From contig JAUHWH010000002.1 of NCBI GenBank assembly GCA_030424715.1, positions 147,080 through 211,079 on the forward strand: a DNA stretch of 64,000 nucleotides. Direction: 5' to 3'. The notes below the pieces were generated by a model that saw nothing but the letters and a program-made list of their open reading frames with translations, did not search any database and was not told the DNA's origin. Numbering within the stretch: the stretch's first letter is position 1; each line of letters begins with the position of its first letter. The stretch is from Bdellovibrionia bacterium (lineage in GTDB: Bacteria; Bdellovibrionota; Bdellovibrionia; Bdellovibrionales; JAGQZY01). The position numbers and the translations under genes are program-made. Below are positions 45,876 to 55,760 of the stretch, one piece after another.

Positions 45876-46888
45876 CCCCAGTCTCCAGGGATGACGATGG
45901 CCGAATCTTGCTGCTCAATCTTGCCCAAATCAAAGGCTTGGAAACCTGCCGCTGCGATTTGGTCTTGGACCGCCGAACAACTCTCTTCTGGCAACACAAA
46001 AACAAGGCCCACGCCACAATTGAAGGTCTTGAGCATCTCAGCCACACTCACCTGGGCGCGTTTCTGGGTTTCTTTCACAAGTTCCGGAAAATCCCACGGC
46101 TTGAGGCGAAAGCCCAGGCCCTCGGGGAGGACTCGAGCGACATTGTGAATCCCACCGCCCGTGATATGGGCAATCGAAGACACTTCCGCCTGTTTCAGCA
46201 CGTCCATCACCAGGTTGACGTAGAGGGCGGTCGGCTCAAGCAAACGCTCGCCCCACTGCTCTTGGTCTTGAACGGAGGGATAAAGCTTTCTTAGTAACGA
46301 GAACCCATTGCTGTGAAAGCCAGAGCTGCTCACACCCAAGACGCGATCACCGGCCTTGACTCGGTGGCCGCCCAGAATTTTGGGCTTGTCCACCACACCC
46401 ACCGCAAAGCCGGCGCAGTCGAAGTCTTTGGGTTGATAGAGCCCCGGCATCTCGGCGGTCTCGCCACCGATCAGAGCCATTTGAGATTCGATACAGGCTT
46501 TACGGACGCCCGCCAAAAATGGCTGGGCCTGCTTCAGGTCTAAGTGTGAGGTTGCAAAATAATCGAGAAAAAACAGGGGTTGGGCCCCGGTGCAGATCAG
46601 ATCGTTGGCACACATGGCAACCAGATCTTGCCCCAAGGTGTCGTACTTCTCCATTTCAATGGCCAGCTTTAGCTTGGTTCCGATGCCGTCAGTGGCACTC
46701 ACCAAACAGGGCTCTTGCATTTCACTGTAGTCAAAACGGAAAATGGAGGCAAAGCCGCCAATGCCCCCAACAATTTTGTCTTGGTGAGGGAGGGCTTCTT
46801 TATCGTTTTTGAGCCAATCCACAAAGGCATCGCCTTTTTCGATATCGACTCCGGCTGATTTGTAATCCATGGGCCTCTTTTCTCCCAT
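45872..46888 (-). CDS. purM: Phosphoribosylformylglycinamidine cyclo-ligase PurM
   Basis: Motifs YKSAGVDIEKGDAF, DGIGTK and GGETAEMPG. The start is either the ATG at 46888 or the one at 46870. Confidence 0.95.
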   Translation of the reverse strand: MGEKRPMDYKSAGVDIEKGDAFVDWLKNDKEALPHQDKIVGGIGGFASIFRFDYSEMQEPCLVSATDGIGTKLKLAIEMEKYDTLGQDLVAMCANDLICTGAQPLFFLDYFATSHLDLKQAQPFLAGVRKACIESQMALIGGETAEMPGLYQPKDFDCAGFAVGVVDKPKILGGHRVKAGDRVLGVSSSGFHSNGFSLLRKLYPSVQDQEQWGERLLEPTALYVNLVMDVLKQAEVSSIAHITGGGIHNVARVLPEGLGFRLKPWDFPELVKETQKRAQVSVAEMLKTFNCGVGLVFVLPEESCSAVQDQIAAAGFQAFDLGKIEQQDSAIVIPGDWG

Positions 46889-46991
46889 GACTACTCTTTT
46901 GTCTAGGGGAATGTCCTATTTTGAGTCAAAATCTGGTCCGGAGGTGTCTCATTTTGGATTTATTGCTAAAATGAGAAAAGACTCTCGGGGG

Positions 46992-47720
46992 ATGGCTTTG
47001 TTAAAACTGATTCTGATAATTACCATGACATTTGCTACGGCTCTCAGTCACGCTCAGTACGAGGGCGACGACGTCTACGACCCCTTCGCCGACTACTCCG
47101 AATTCGAAGAAAACAGCCAAGAAGAAGCGGACGTTAACTTTTTTCGCAACGGCCGTTTTTTTAACATCGCTCTTCTGATGGGCGGTCGCATGTTTACTGG
47201 CGGCATGTCCCAGTATATCGAAGCCACAGCGACACCCGGGCTTGCCATGACCTATTGGTTCAATCTGCGCCTGGCGCTGCAGTTTTCATACACCTACAGC
47301 CAACATCTCTTAGGGCCCATTGCAACAGGACTGGTTGACGTGAATAACAATCCACAACCGTATCAAGGGAATATGTCGGTCAACAGTCTCTCTTTTGACC
47401 TGAAATATTACATCAACACCAACAATGTCACGCGCGGGTTAGCGAACCTCAACCCTTATTTATTGGCTGGTTTTTCACAAAACACCCGCAATTTCTCGGT
47501 GGTGGGTGAGCTACAGGTCGCCAAAGACGACGGCGCTGGCATTGATATGGGATTTGGCATTGAAATTCCAGTGGCTCGTAACGAAATGTTTGTGGGCTTT
47601 CAGTTTGTCTACACCTACGTCAACTTTGCGACCGAAAACGACCCTCTTAAAAACACTCAAATCCTACTCGATGGCGACATGATGAATGCCCATTTTGTCT
47701 TTGGCTTCAACTTTTTATAG
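46992..47720 (+). CDS. Outer-membrane beta-barrel protein (OmpW/opacity-porin-like, family unassigned)
   Basis: The ATG at 46992 gives the signal peptide MALLKLILIITMTFATALSHA. Alternating amphipathic strands, with the C-terminal strand HFVFGFNFL. Confidence 0.6.
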   Translation: MALLKLILIITMTFATALSHAQYEGDDVYDPFADYSEFEENSQEEADVNFFRNGRFFNIALLMGGRMFTGGMSQYIEATATPGLAMTYWFNLRLALQFSYTYSQHLLGPIATGLVDVNNNPQPYQGNMSVNSLSFDLKYYINTNNVTRGLANLNPYLLAGFSQNTRNFSVVGELQVAKDDGAGIDMGFGIEIPVARNEMFVGFQFVYTYVNFATENDPLKNTQILLDGDMMNAHFVFGFNFL

Positions 47721-49040
47721 AAAAGTAAGGGCCCAGCCCAGCAAGACTAAAAAAGGCAAACCCAAAAGCGTCAGCCACTCCCATATTTGAAAAAAGAACT
47801 TGTTATGAAAAAATACCTGTTGATGTCCGAAGACAGCCAGTCGCTCACTCCGCGAGGTGTGACGAAACATCACCCATATCATCATCAAAGCAAACAGAGG
47901 CAACACCCCATTGACCAAGATCGTGTCCATGGTGATCAAAAGACTTTGTCCCGTCCAGCCTTGCAAGGCTTTTTGTAGGACCAAAATAATGGCCGCATTG
48001 ATCCACACCAAAACCAGATTGCCGTAGACTTTCCATTTCTTATTCTTTCGAAACCGGTAAAGTAAGCGGCGATTCTCTTGAATCGCACCAAACAGCATAA
48101 GCCCGACATAGAATGTGATCACCGACAAGGACAGGAAAAACAGACTGCAATAGTAATTGCCGTAGTTCCCGTAAGACAACCACCGCGGTAAAATTTCAAA
48201 AATCCAGTTCGAACCAAAGGGCGTTTCACGCACTTGTTCGATCATGGGCAGAGCCATCAGTCCGATAAAAACACACAGCACCAATGCCATTAAGGCCGCT
48301 CTAATAAAAAGCTCGATGGGATCCATCTTGAGATTGGCTCGAAACAAGGGCTTATAGAAACCGAAGCCGACAAACAAACAAACCAAAGAATGACCGATCA
48401 CCGAGATTAAAGAGTGCGGAGTCAGAGCTGAAAAATCGGGATAGAACAAAATTTTAAAACCCTCGGTGTCATTCACTCGCACCACAATCTTCAGGAGCAA
48501 CACAAAAAGCACTGTAAAAAAGAAAGGCAGAATCCATTTCGGGAACAGGCTGAAAACACGATGGCCCGCCCGAGCAAAGACCATATAACTCCCCCCAGCC
48601 CAAACCACAGCCCCTAGCAAACTGAATTCCAGATCGGGAACAGCCGGGATGTCGGCGTAAACAGGGTCTAAATGAAGAGCCGATTTCAGATAGTAGATCA
48701 GATACACAGCCGAAGAGCTGCCCAGATAGAGGAAGAACCACAAAAAACTAAAAAGCAGGAGCCCTCGGAGCGTGAACCAGAAAAAAACAAAGATACGATC
48801 AATGAGACTTCGCCGAGAGCTCTTGCTTATATAAATCAGGCTGCCAATATCGATGTCTTTGAGTTTGCGATCAAGGACCCTCTCAACAATCAGCATCGGA
48901 AAAGCAAAGGAATTAAGTACGACAAAAAACAAAATAAGAAAAGCTCCACCACCCTGCTCAAGAAGTAAATGGGGAAACCGCAGAAGGTGCATACAAAAAA
49001 TAGCACCCATCAACGAAACGACGAACAACCGTGGCGTCAA
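47715..49040 (-). CDS. Divergent sodium-dependent transporter, NSS/SNF-family-like
   Basis: 441 aa with about 11-12 TM helices. The N-terminal LLRFPHLLLEQGGGAFLILFFVVL resembles the NSS TM1 motif (WRFPY...NGGGAFLIPY). The start is the TTG at 49040 or the ATG at 49010. Confidence 0.55.
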   Translation of the reverse strand: MTPRLFVVSLMGAIFCMHLLRFPHLLLEQGGGAFLILFFVVLNSFAFPMLIVERVLDRKLKDIDIGSLIYISKSSRRSLIDRIFVFFWFTLRGLLLFSFLWFFLYLGSSSAVYLIYYLKSALHLDPVYADIPAVPDLEFSLLGAVVWAGGSYMVFARAGHRVFSLFPKWILPFFFTVLFVLLLKIVVRVNDTEGFKILFYPDFSALTPHSLISVIGHSLVCLFVGFGFYKPLFRANLKMDPIELFIRAALMALVLCVFIGLMALPMIEQVRETPFGSNWIFEILPRWLSYGNYGNYYCSLFFLSLSVITFYVGLMLFGAIQENRRLLYRFRKNKKWKVYGNLVLVWINAAIILVLQKALQGWTGQSLLITMDTILVNGVLPLFALMMIWVMFRHTSRSERLAVFGHQQVFFHNKFFFQIWEWLTLLGLPFLVLLGWALTFL

Positions 49041-49044
49041 AGCA

Positions 49045-50364
49045 TCACCCTTTGCTCTTCATCACAAAAATACGAATGGGAATACCCTCGAGACCAAAAC
49101 GCTTCTTGATTCTCTTGGTGAGAAAACGTCGATAGGCATTGTCAACACCATCGGGGTGATTCGCAAAGGCAATAAAACTGGGTGGCACCTGCTTGGTTTG
49201 GGTGAGGTAGTAAAATTTCACGTTTCTCAAACCATAAACCGGCGCCGGCGCCTGACGAATGACGTTCATAAAAAAATCGTTCAGCTCACTGGTAGAAATT
49301 TTTACATTGAGCTTTTCACGAATGCTCTCGATCATTTCAAAAAGGTCCTTCAGCCCCTTGCCCGTTTTTGCACTAATAAAAGTAATGGGAATATCGGCAT
49401 AAAAATGAAAAGTATCAGCCAGCTTTGCTCGAGTGGTCTTGCGAAACTCGGGGATGTCCGCTTCACCAAGATCCAACTTGTTGACCACTAAGATGACGGC
49501 CTTGTGGGATTCTACGATTTCTTCGAGGATCTTGGCGTCTTGTTCGCTCGGCCCCTCGACCCCATCTATCATCAACAAAACCAACTGTGACTTGCGAATC
49601 GACTGACTGGTTTTGATCGCTGAGATAATCTCAACACCCTCTGTGCGTTTGGCTGACTTTCTCAATCCCGCTGTATCGATCAAACGATACTCATGGTCGT
49701 TGTATTGAAACTGAAAATCGACAGAATCAACCGTGGTTCCCGCCATGGAGGACACCAGCATCTTTTTGGCGCCCAATAGCTGATTCGTGAGTGAGCTTTT
49801 CCCAACATTAGGTTTGCCAACTATGGAAAATACGAAACCCGTTTTTGTCTCTTTTTCTTCAGCTGTTAGGCGCTCACTGATCCACTCCAAAAGCTGATCC
49901 ACTCCGTAGCGAGCTTCGAAAGAACAGGTAATCAAAGGCAACCCAAACTCGTAGAACTCAGCACCGGCGATATCGAGCTCATGACTTTTATCGACCTTGT
50001 TGATCACTAACAAAAAATCCTTGCCGGACTCCTTGGCTATGCGAATGATCTCTCTGTCCTCGGGACACAGCCCACTCTTGGCATCCATCACGACCAGCAG
50101 GTAGTCCACCGTCGAGAGAAACTCGAGGACACTCTCTCGAATGCGACTGGATATCTCATCGGCGGCTTCGGTAATACCACCCGTATCGACAAGCTCAAAA
50201 GTCTTGCCCCAAAGCTCGGCCTCTTCAAAAATAATGTCTCTTGTCACCCCCGGTTGGTTTTTCACCAACGAACGGCGTGACTCCACCAAATAATTAAAAA
50301 GGGTGGACTTCCCCACGTTGGGGCGTCCAATGATGGCAAAAATGGGCTTGTTGTTACTTGTCAT
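49045..50364 (-). CDS. der: Ribosome-associated GTPase Der (EngA)
   Basis: Two tandem G domains (IIGRPNVGKSTLFN and IVGKPNVGKSSLTN) plus a KH-like C-terminus. Confidence 0.95.
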   Translation of the reverse strand: MTSNNKPIFAIIGRPNVGKSTLFNYLVESRRSLVKNQPGVTRDIIFEEAELWGKTFELVDTGGITEAADEISSRIRESVLEFLSTVDYLLVVMDAKSGLCPEDREIIRIAKESGKDFLLVINKVDKSHELDIAGAEFYEFGLPLITCSFEARYGVDQLLEWISERLTAEEKETKTGFVFSIVGKPNVGKSSLTNQLLGAKKMLVSSMAGTTVDSVDFQFQYNDHEYRLIDTAGLRKSAKRTEGVEIISAIKTSQSIRKSQLVLLMIDGVEGPSEQDAKILEEIVESHKAVILVVNKLDLGEADIPEFRKTTRAKLADTFHFYADIPITFISAKTGKGLKDLFEMIESIREKLNVKISTSELNDFFMNVIRQAPAPVYGLRNVKFYYLTQTKQVPPSFIAFANHPDGVDNAYRRFLTKRIKKRFGLEGIPIRIFVMKSKG

Positions 50365-51244
50365 GGTGATAACCCACTTCTTTCATAATGCTCTTGTTTT
50401 TCATCCAGTTCTTTTTATAGGCCACATGCAACCCCAAGAAGACCTTCTCGCCGAGCAGGGCCTCAATCTTTTTACGAGACTCTTGACCGATTTTCTTCAG
50501 ACGGCTCCCCGCCTTACCAATTAAAATCGCCTTGTGATTTTCTTTTTCAATAAGGATGTTGGCCAAAATATGCTGCATTCCTTTTTCTCTCTTAAAGGAT
50601 TTGATGACCACACCCAGCCCGTATGGTAACTCCTTTTCGAGTTGCACAAAACACTGCTCACGAATGAACTCGGCTACAATGTCACGAGTGCGGTCTAAAG
50701 AAATCATATCCGGATCATAAAGTGGATGGTGCTCCTTCGGCAAAGTCTCCGCCATGGTCTTCAAGTAAGCATTGATGTCGGAACGATCTTTCTTTTTGAC
50801 GCTAAAATCCATCCATACAATGCCTTCTTTGTCGAAGTCGACCTTGAGTCCTTTGACCACCTCTGACTCCTCGAGATCGGCTTTTGTGAATAAAACACGA
50901 TAGGGTTTGCCGGAATTCTTTACTTTCTCTAGCAAAATCTGCAGAGACTCAGTCGCCTTTTGTTCAAAGCTGATCAAAACCATCAGATGCTCACTTCTCT
51001 CGACGACTTTCGTAAACTCGACGGCTAAGAACTCGAAGAGTCCCGGTTTGGACTCCACCAAGCCTGGAGCATCTAAAAAGATCAGCTGGTAATCGTCAGT
51101 GGATACCAACCCGGTGAAAGACTGCCGGGTGGTTTGGGGCTTGCTCGAGATTATACTGACTTTTTCACCGAGAACTTCATTTAAAAATGTGCTTTTCCCA
51201 GCATTTGGCAATCCTAGAATTCCAATAAATCCACAATGAATCAT
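50354..51244 (-). CDS. era: GTPase Era
   Basis: G domain GILGLPNAGKSTFLN, DAPG and TKADL, with a C-terminal KH domain (ILIGKAGSRLKKIG). ATGA overlap with the rnc stop. Confidence 0.95.
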   Translation of the reverse strand: MIHCGFIGILGLPNAGKSTFLNEVLGEKVSIISSKPQTTRQSFTGLVSTDDYQLIFLDAPGLVESKPGLFEFLAVEFTKVVERSEHLMVLISFEQKATESLQILLEKVKNSGKPYRVLFTKADLEESEVVKGLKVDFDKEGIVWMDFSVKKKDRSDINAYLKTMAETLPKEHHPLYDPDMISLDRTRDIVAEFIREQCFVQLEKELPYGLGVVIKSFKREKGMQHILANILIEKENHKAILIGKAGSRLKKIGQESRKKIEALLGEKVFLGLHVAYKKNWMKNKSIMKEVGYHHDK

Positions 51245-51927
51245 CGCTTTATTTTCTCCAGCGCTTGTTTCGCAGCGTTTTGGGCGGCCATTTTTTTACT
51301 CGCCCCACTGGCCACACCCCAGGACTGTTTGTTGACAAAAACTTCAATTTCAAAGACCCGTGAATGATCCGGGCCCGACTGATTAATCACCACATAGTTC
51401 GGCGTTTCTTTGAATTCCTCTTGCACCCACTCTTGAAAGCGTGTTTTGTAGTCTTTTTCAAAGTCATGCTCGCTGAAAGCCTCTTCGATCAGAGGTTGAA
51501 AGTTGTCTTTCACCCAATCAAAAACAGTGGCATAGCCCGAATCCCTGTAAATCGCTCCCACAACCGCTTCAAAGGTTGAGGCAATGATCCGAGGGTTACA
51601 GCGAAGGTTATTGTTTGCCTCCCGGTCTCCCACCAAGATGAACTGTTCCATCTCTCGCTGCTTTGCGAGTTCACAGAGACGATCTTCATTAACAATGCTA
51701 GCTCTTTTGCGTGACAGATTACCCTCTTGATCATCGGCGTAGCGAACCATCAGAAGGTCACTGACAACCAGATCCAAAACAGCATCACCCAAAAACTCTA
51801 ACTTTTCGTTATGAACCCAATCTTCGTTTTCTTTTTGAAAGCTCTTGTGGCAAAAGGCTTGCCTCAACCACTGTTCGTCCTTGGCTACGTATTGAATCTT
51901 GCTCTCTATCAACTTCAAATCAAACAT
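51241..51927 (-). CDS. rnc: Ribonuclease III
   Basis: RNase III signature NEKLEFLGDAVLDL and a C-terminal dsRBD (GPDHSRVFEIEV...AAQNAAKQALE). The ATG at 51927 is preferred over the TTG at 51942. Confidence 0.95.
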   Translation of the reverse strand: MFDLKLIESKIQYVAKDEQWLRQAFCHKSFQKENEDWVHNEKLEFLGDAVLDLVVSDLLMVRYADDQEGNLSRKRASIVNEDRLCELAKQREMEQFILVGDREANNNLRCNPRIIASTFEAVVGAIYRDSGYATVFDWVKDNFQPLIEEAFSEHDFEKDYKTRFQEWVQEEFKETPNYVVINQSGPDHSRVFEIEVFVNKQSWGVASGASKKMAAQNAAKQALEKIKR

Positions 51928-53257
51928 GAATAAATTCTCCAACCAAATAACCGTTCATGCGGCCCTGACTGGCTCGCTGGTAACCACGAATCTTCATACG
52001 ATGCAACGAACCTGGTGTAACTTCTGTGTGACCTTCCACTTTGATATCCCAGTAATCCCGGGACAGACAGTGCAAATGATCGTTTTTATATTGCACGGCC
52101 ATCACGTCTTTTTCTTTACCCATCTGGGCCGAGGCCAACAGATCGTAACGCTGTTGGCTCAGCTCTCTGAGCTTTCGTGCCCGCTCTTTGCGAGTCGCCC
52201 ATGGGACAGAGTCAGACATCTCGTTGGCACGCGTTCCACTCCGCTCACTGTAAGGAAAGACATGAATACGGGACCAAGGCCAACGCTCGAGGTTGGCGAG
52301 GGTTTCTTCGAATAGAGCATCGGTCTCTCCGGGGAACCCGACGATCACATCAAGCCCCACGAAGGCTTGGGGATGCCTCTCTTTGATCCACAACAGTGAC
52401 TCTCCGACCTGCTCAGCCGTGTACTTGCGTCGCATGCCAGCGAGCACCGGAGTCGAAAGGGACTGCAAACTCATATGAAAATGAGGACACATTTTAGGGT
52501 TGTCGTAGAGGTCCATTAACTTATTGGTGATTTCAATGGGCTCGAGACTGGTGAGCCGAATCCGTGGAATCTCTGTTTGATTGAGGACCTGTTCTACCAA
52601 GTCGTCCAAAGCGTAGGGCCCTCCATAAGTTTCTTCGTCAAGATAGTCACCGATGTGAACACCCGTGAGCACAACTTCGTTGATACCTTTCGCTGATAGC
52701 TCTCGTAAGCGCTGGAGAATCATGGGCACAGTCAAGCTACGACTTTTACCGCGCGCGAAGGGAATAACACAGAAACTACAGAAGCTGTTGCAGCCATCCT
52801 GAATTTTTACGTAGGAGCGAGTGTGTCCACGCTCTTCTCCTCCGCCTTCTCCCAAGTTTTCATTTCTGAAGATGTTGGATCGCAAGATTTTGCTTTCTAG
52901 CTCTCCTCTAAAATGCTTTTTCAAAATATCTTCAAGGTCGTTTTTGTGTGAATTGGCAATCACTAAATCAATAGCAGGGACATCGTCGACAATAGCACCA
53001 TCGACCTGTGCCGCACACCCAGTGAGAACAACCGTGGCCAGTGGATTTTTGGCTTTAATACGGCGCGCCTGACGAACAGCCTCTTTGGTGGCCTCGGCCG
53101 TCACCGCGCAGGAGTTTAAAATGTGTACAGAAGGCTGTTCGGGGTCATGGATAAAACCTGAGGCATGCAATCGTTTTTGCAGCAGGCCCGTGTCGTAGGT
53201 GTTCACCTTACAGCCAAAGGTTTTTACATCAAAACGGGGGGCGCTCACTTGATCCAC
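51920..53257 (-). CDS. Radical-SAM methylthiotransferase of the MiaB/RimO/MtaB family (MtaB-like)
   Basis: The N-terminal MTTase domain [12 protein letters not shown] is most like MtaB. Radical SAM motif [18 protein letters not shown] start at 53257, or at 53248 as a GTGA overlap with the mnmA stop. Confidence 0.8.
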   Translation of the reverse strand: MDQVSAPRFDVKTFGCKVNTYDTGLLQKRLHASGFIHDPEQPSVHILNSCAVTAEATKEAVRQARRIKAKNPLATVVLTGCAAQVDGAIVDDVPAIDLVIANSHKNDLEDILKKHFRGELESKILRSNIFRNENLGEGGGEERGHTRSYVKIQDGCNSFCSFCVIPFARGKSRSLTVPMILQRLRELSAKGINEVVLTGVHIGDYLDEETYGGPYALDDLVEQVLNQTEIPRIRLTSLEPIEITNKLMDLYDNPKMCPHFHMSLQSLSTPVLAGMRRKYTAEQVGESLLWIKERHPQAFVGLDVIVGFPGETDALFEETLANLERWPWSRIHVFPYSERSGTRANEMSDSVPWATRKERARKLRELSQQRYDLLASAQMGKEKDVMAVQYKNDHLHCLSRDYWDIKVEGHTEVTPGSLHRMKIRGYQRASQGRMNGYLVGEFIHV

Positions 53258-54327
53258 CCTCCGCCAATCAAACGGTTGTCTTGGTAAAAAACGGCGGCTT
53301 GGCCCGGTGTGATGGCCCGCTGCTTGTCGTTGAAAACCACACGCACTTGCCCATCCGCGAGAGTTTCAATCTGCGCCGGTGCGCCACTATGAGAGTAGCG
53401 AATTTTAACTTGGTAGTGATCCTCTTTCGGTTCTTCCAACCAATGACAGTTTTCGATGAGCATTTCTTTTGAGAACAGATGGTCTTCGGTTCCGACCCAG
53501 ACCTCATGGGTTTCAGCATCGACTCGTAAAACGTAGAGGGGGCACTCGGCAGAAATCCCCAAGCCTTTGCGTTGCCCGTAGGTGAAGTGATGAATGCCAT
53601 TGTGCTCGCGCAAAACCTCGCCTGAGGGATAGCGCTTCATCAAGCCTTTCTTTTGGGCCAATTCACTGTAGTGGGTGTTGATAAATTCGCCGTAACCGGC
53701 TTTGTCGACAAAGCAAATACCCACCGAGTCTTTTTTGCGAGCCACCACTAGATCTTGAGCCTCGGCATAGTCGCGCACTTCAGCTTTGTTCATCTCGCCC
53801 ACGGGAAAAAGCAACTTGGGGATCAGCTCTGGCGCGATCGTAAACAAGAAGTATGTCTGGTCTTTCCAACTATCAGCGCTGGTGACGATACCCCATTGTC
53901 CCTCTTGATTTTGTTTTAAAGTGGCATAGTGACCTGTGGCTAGGTAGTCACAAGACAGTTCTTCCATTTTTCGAATCAGGTGATCAAATTTTAAGTAGGT
54001 GTTGCAATTCACACAGGGCAAGGGCGTCTTGCCTTCCATGTATGAGTTTACAAAAGGGTCGATGACTTTCTCTTTGAATTCGTCTTCACAGTTCAAAACA
54101 TAAAAAGGGATCCCAAGGCGGTCGGCGACGTCGCGAGCATCATCAACGTCCTCACTGGAGCAGCAAGTGCCCGCCCCTTCTTCAATACTGCATTGTGAGT
54201 AATCCCAAACCTGCATGGTGACACCAATCACCTCGTAGCCTTGTTCAACCAACAACGAGGCGGCGACTGATGAATCGACACCACCGCTCATAGCGACCAG
54301 AACACGGCCTTTTGAAGACTTAGCCAT
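53245..54327 (-). CDS. mnmA: tRNA 2-thiouridine(34) synthase MnmA
   Basis: PP-loop [15 protein letters not shown]. Conserved CCSxED and NPDxxCN-like motifs (PLPCVNCN). C-terminus QAAVFY. Confidence 0.95.
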   Translation of the reverse strand: MAKSSKGRVLVAMSGGVDSSVAASLLVEQGYEVIGVTMQVWDYSQCSIEEGAGTCCSSEDVDDARDVADRLGIPFYVLNCEDEFKEKVIDPFVNSYMEGKTPLPCVNCNTYLKFDHLIRKMEELSCDYLATGHYATLKQNQEGQWGIVTSADSWKDQTYFLFTIAPELIPKLLFPVGEMNKAEVRDYAEAQDLVVARKKDSVGICFVDKAGYGEFINTHYSELAQKKGLMKRYPSGEVLREHNGIHHFTYGQRKGLGISAECPLYVLRVDAETHEVWVGTEDHLFSKEMLIENCHWLEEPKEDHYQVKIRYSHSGAPAQIETLADGQVRVVFNDKQRAITPGQAAVFYQDNRLIGGGWIK

Positions 54328-55495
54328 GCAACACCTCATGCTCCGTTTGTAACTTGCGAAGATGGACCACCACTTCGGCTAGGGCCCTAGCTAAAGACTC
54401 AACCTCTGCTTTGGTGGTGTCTTTTCCAAGACTGATCCGCAATGACGATTGCGCCTGGTCTCTCGACAGGCCAATGGCCAAAAGAACCGGACTGGGCTCG
54501 GGGTTCCCAGAACTGCAAGCGGCTCCGGTTCCCACCGAAAAACCTCGAATGTCTAGATTCATCAAAAGACTTTCCCCACTGACGTCAACAATTGTGAAAC
54601 AGGAGGTGTTCGCTAGACGTGGGCTGGCTTGCCCAAGAATTTCAACACCTGGAATTTCTTTGGCTATAGAAGACTCAAAAAAATCACGCAACGGAGCCAC
54701 CTCGGCAGCAAAAGACGCCGAGTCCAGTACCGCGATACGATGGGCAAAGCTTGCGATAGCAACGGTGTTTTCGGTACCGGCTCGACGTCCACGCTCTTGC
54801 GCGCCCCCTTGTGTGAGTGACTCAAAAGGCGTCCCTTTCCGAATAAACAAAAGACCACTACCCTTCAGGGCGTAAACTTTATGACTTGAAAAGCTAGCTA
54901 AGTCCACGGGTAGAGCCTGTAAAGAGAAGGGGTATTTGCCAAGAGCTTGCACCATATCGCTATGAAAAAAAGCCCCCACCTCTTTGGCTTGAGAAATCAT
55001 GGTTTGTAAAGGTGCGATGGTTCCCAGTTCGTTGTTAGCCAACATCACTGACACCAAGGCCACCTGATCGTCGAGCTTTTCTTGGTAAAACTTGAGATCG
55101 TATTGACCATTCTTATTCACTGGAATCCGCTCGACGGTGAAACCCATCGCTTGTAGATCGGGGATTTGTTTGAGGACGCTGGGGTGCTCAATCCCACCCA
55201 ACAAAACCCGATGGCGTTTGGAATTCTTCTTTTTTAGGGCCGTTAAAAGACCTTTTAAAGCCATGTTGTTGGACTCGCTTCCGCCACTGGTAAAAACAAT
55301 CTCTAAAGGATGACACTGTAGGGATTTCGCGATGGAGCGGCGAGATTCGCGGAGCAACTTTTTAGGACCACGTCCATGGGCATGAATCGAACTCGGATTT
55401 CCCCACAAAGCGAGCCACTGGGGCACCTGCTTGAGCACCTCACCATCCGCCGGAGTTGTAGCATTGAAATCAAAGTATATATTGCCTCGTGTCAT
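54320..55495 (-). CDS. Cysteine desulfurase (NifS/IscS class V aminotransferase)
   Basis: Motifs [13 protein letters not shown]-Lys [17 protein letters not shown] and active-site loop GAACSSG. Confidence 0.9.
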   Translation of the reverse strand: MTRGNIYFDFNATTPADGEVLKQVPQWLALWGNPSSIHAHGRGPKKLLRESRRSIAKSLQCHPLEIVFTSGGSESNNMALKGLLTALKKKNSKRHRVLLGGIEHPSVLKQIPDLQAMGFTVERIPVNKNGQYDLKFYQEKLDDQVALVSVMLANNELGTIAPLQTMISQAKEVGAFFHSDMVQALGKYPFSLQALPVDLASFSSHKVYALKGSGLLFIRKGTPFESLTQGGAQERGRRAGTENTVAIASFAHRIAVLDSASFAAEVAPLRDFFESSIAKEIPGVEILGQASPRLANTSCFTIVDVSGESLLMNLDIRGFSVGTGAACSSGNPEPSPVLLAIGLSRDQAQSSLRISLGKDTTKAEVESLARALAEVVVHLRKLQTEHEVLHG

Positions 55496-55760
55496 ATCGG
55501 CGCTAACCTAGCATCCCCTTGAAATCAGGTCAAATCCTGACTTTTTCATGGATTCAGCCGCCCCATTCTAAGGCTTCTCCGCCGGTCTGACAAAAACCGT
55601 CAGTGCCTCAAAAATTCGACAGTGGAGTCGCGATCCGTCGCTCTGTTAAAAGCTAATGATTATAGGTGTTTACGATAGGCACTTCATCACCTCTGATTGG
55701 CTCGCTTCTTGTACTTATTACAGTGGAACCCAATTTGACAAACTAAAAGGAGTGCCCTTA

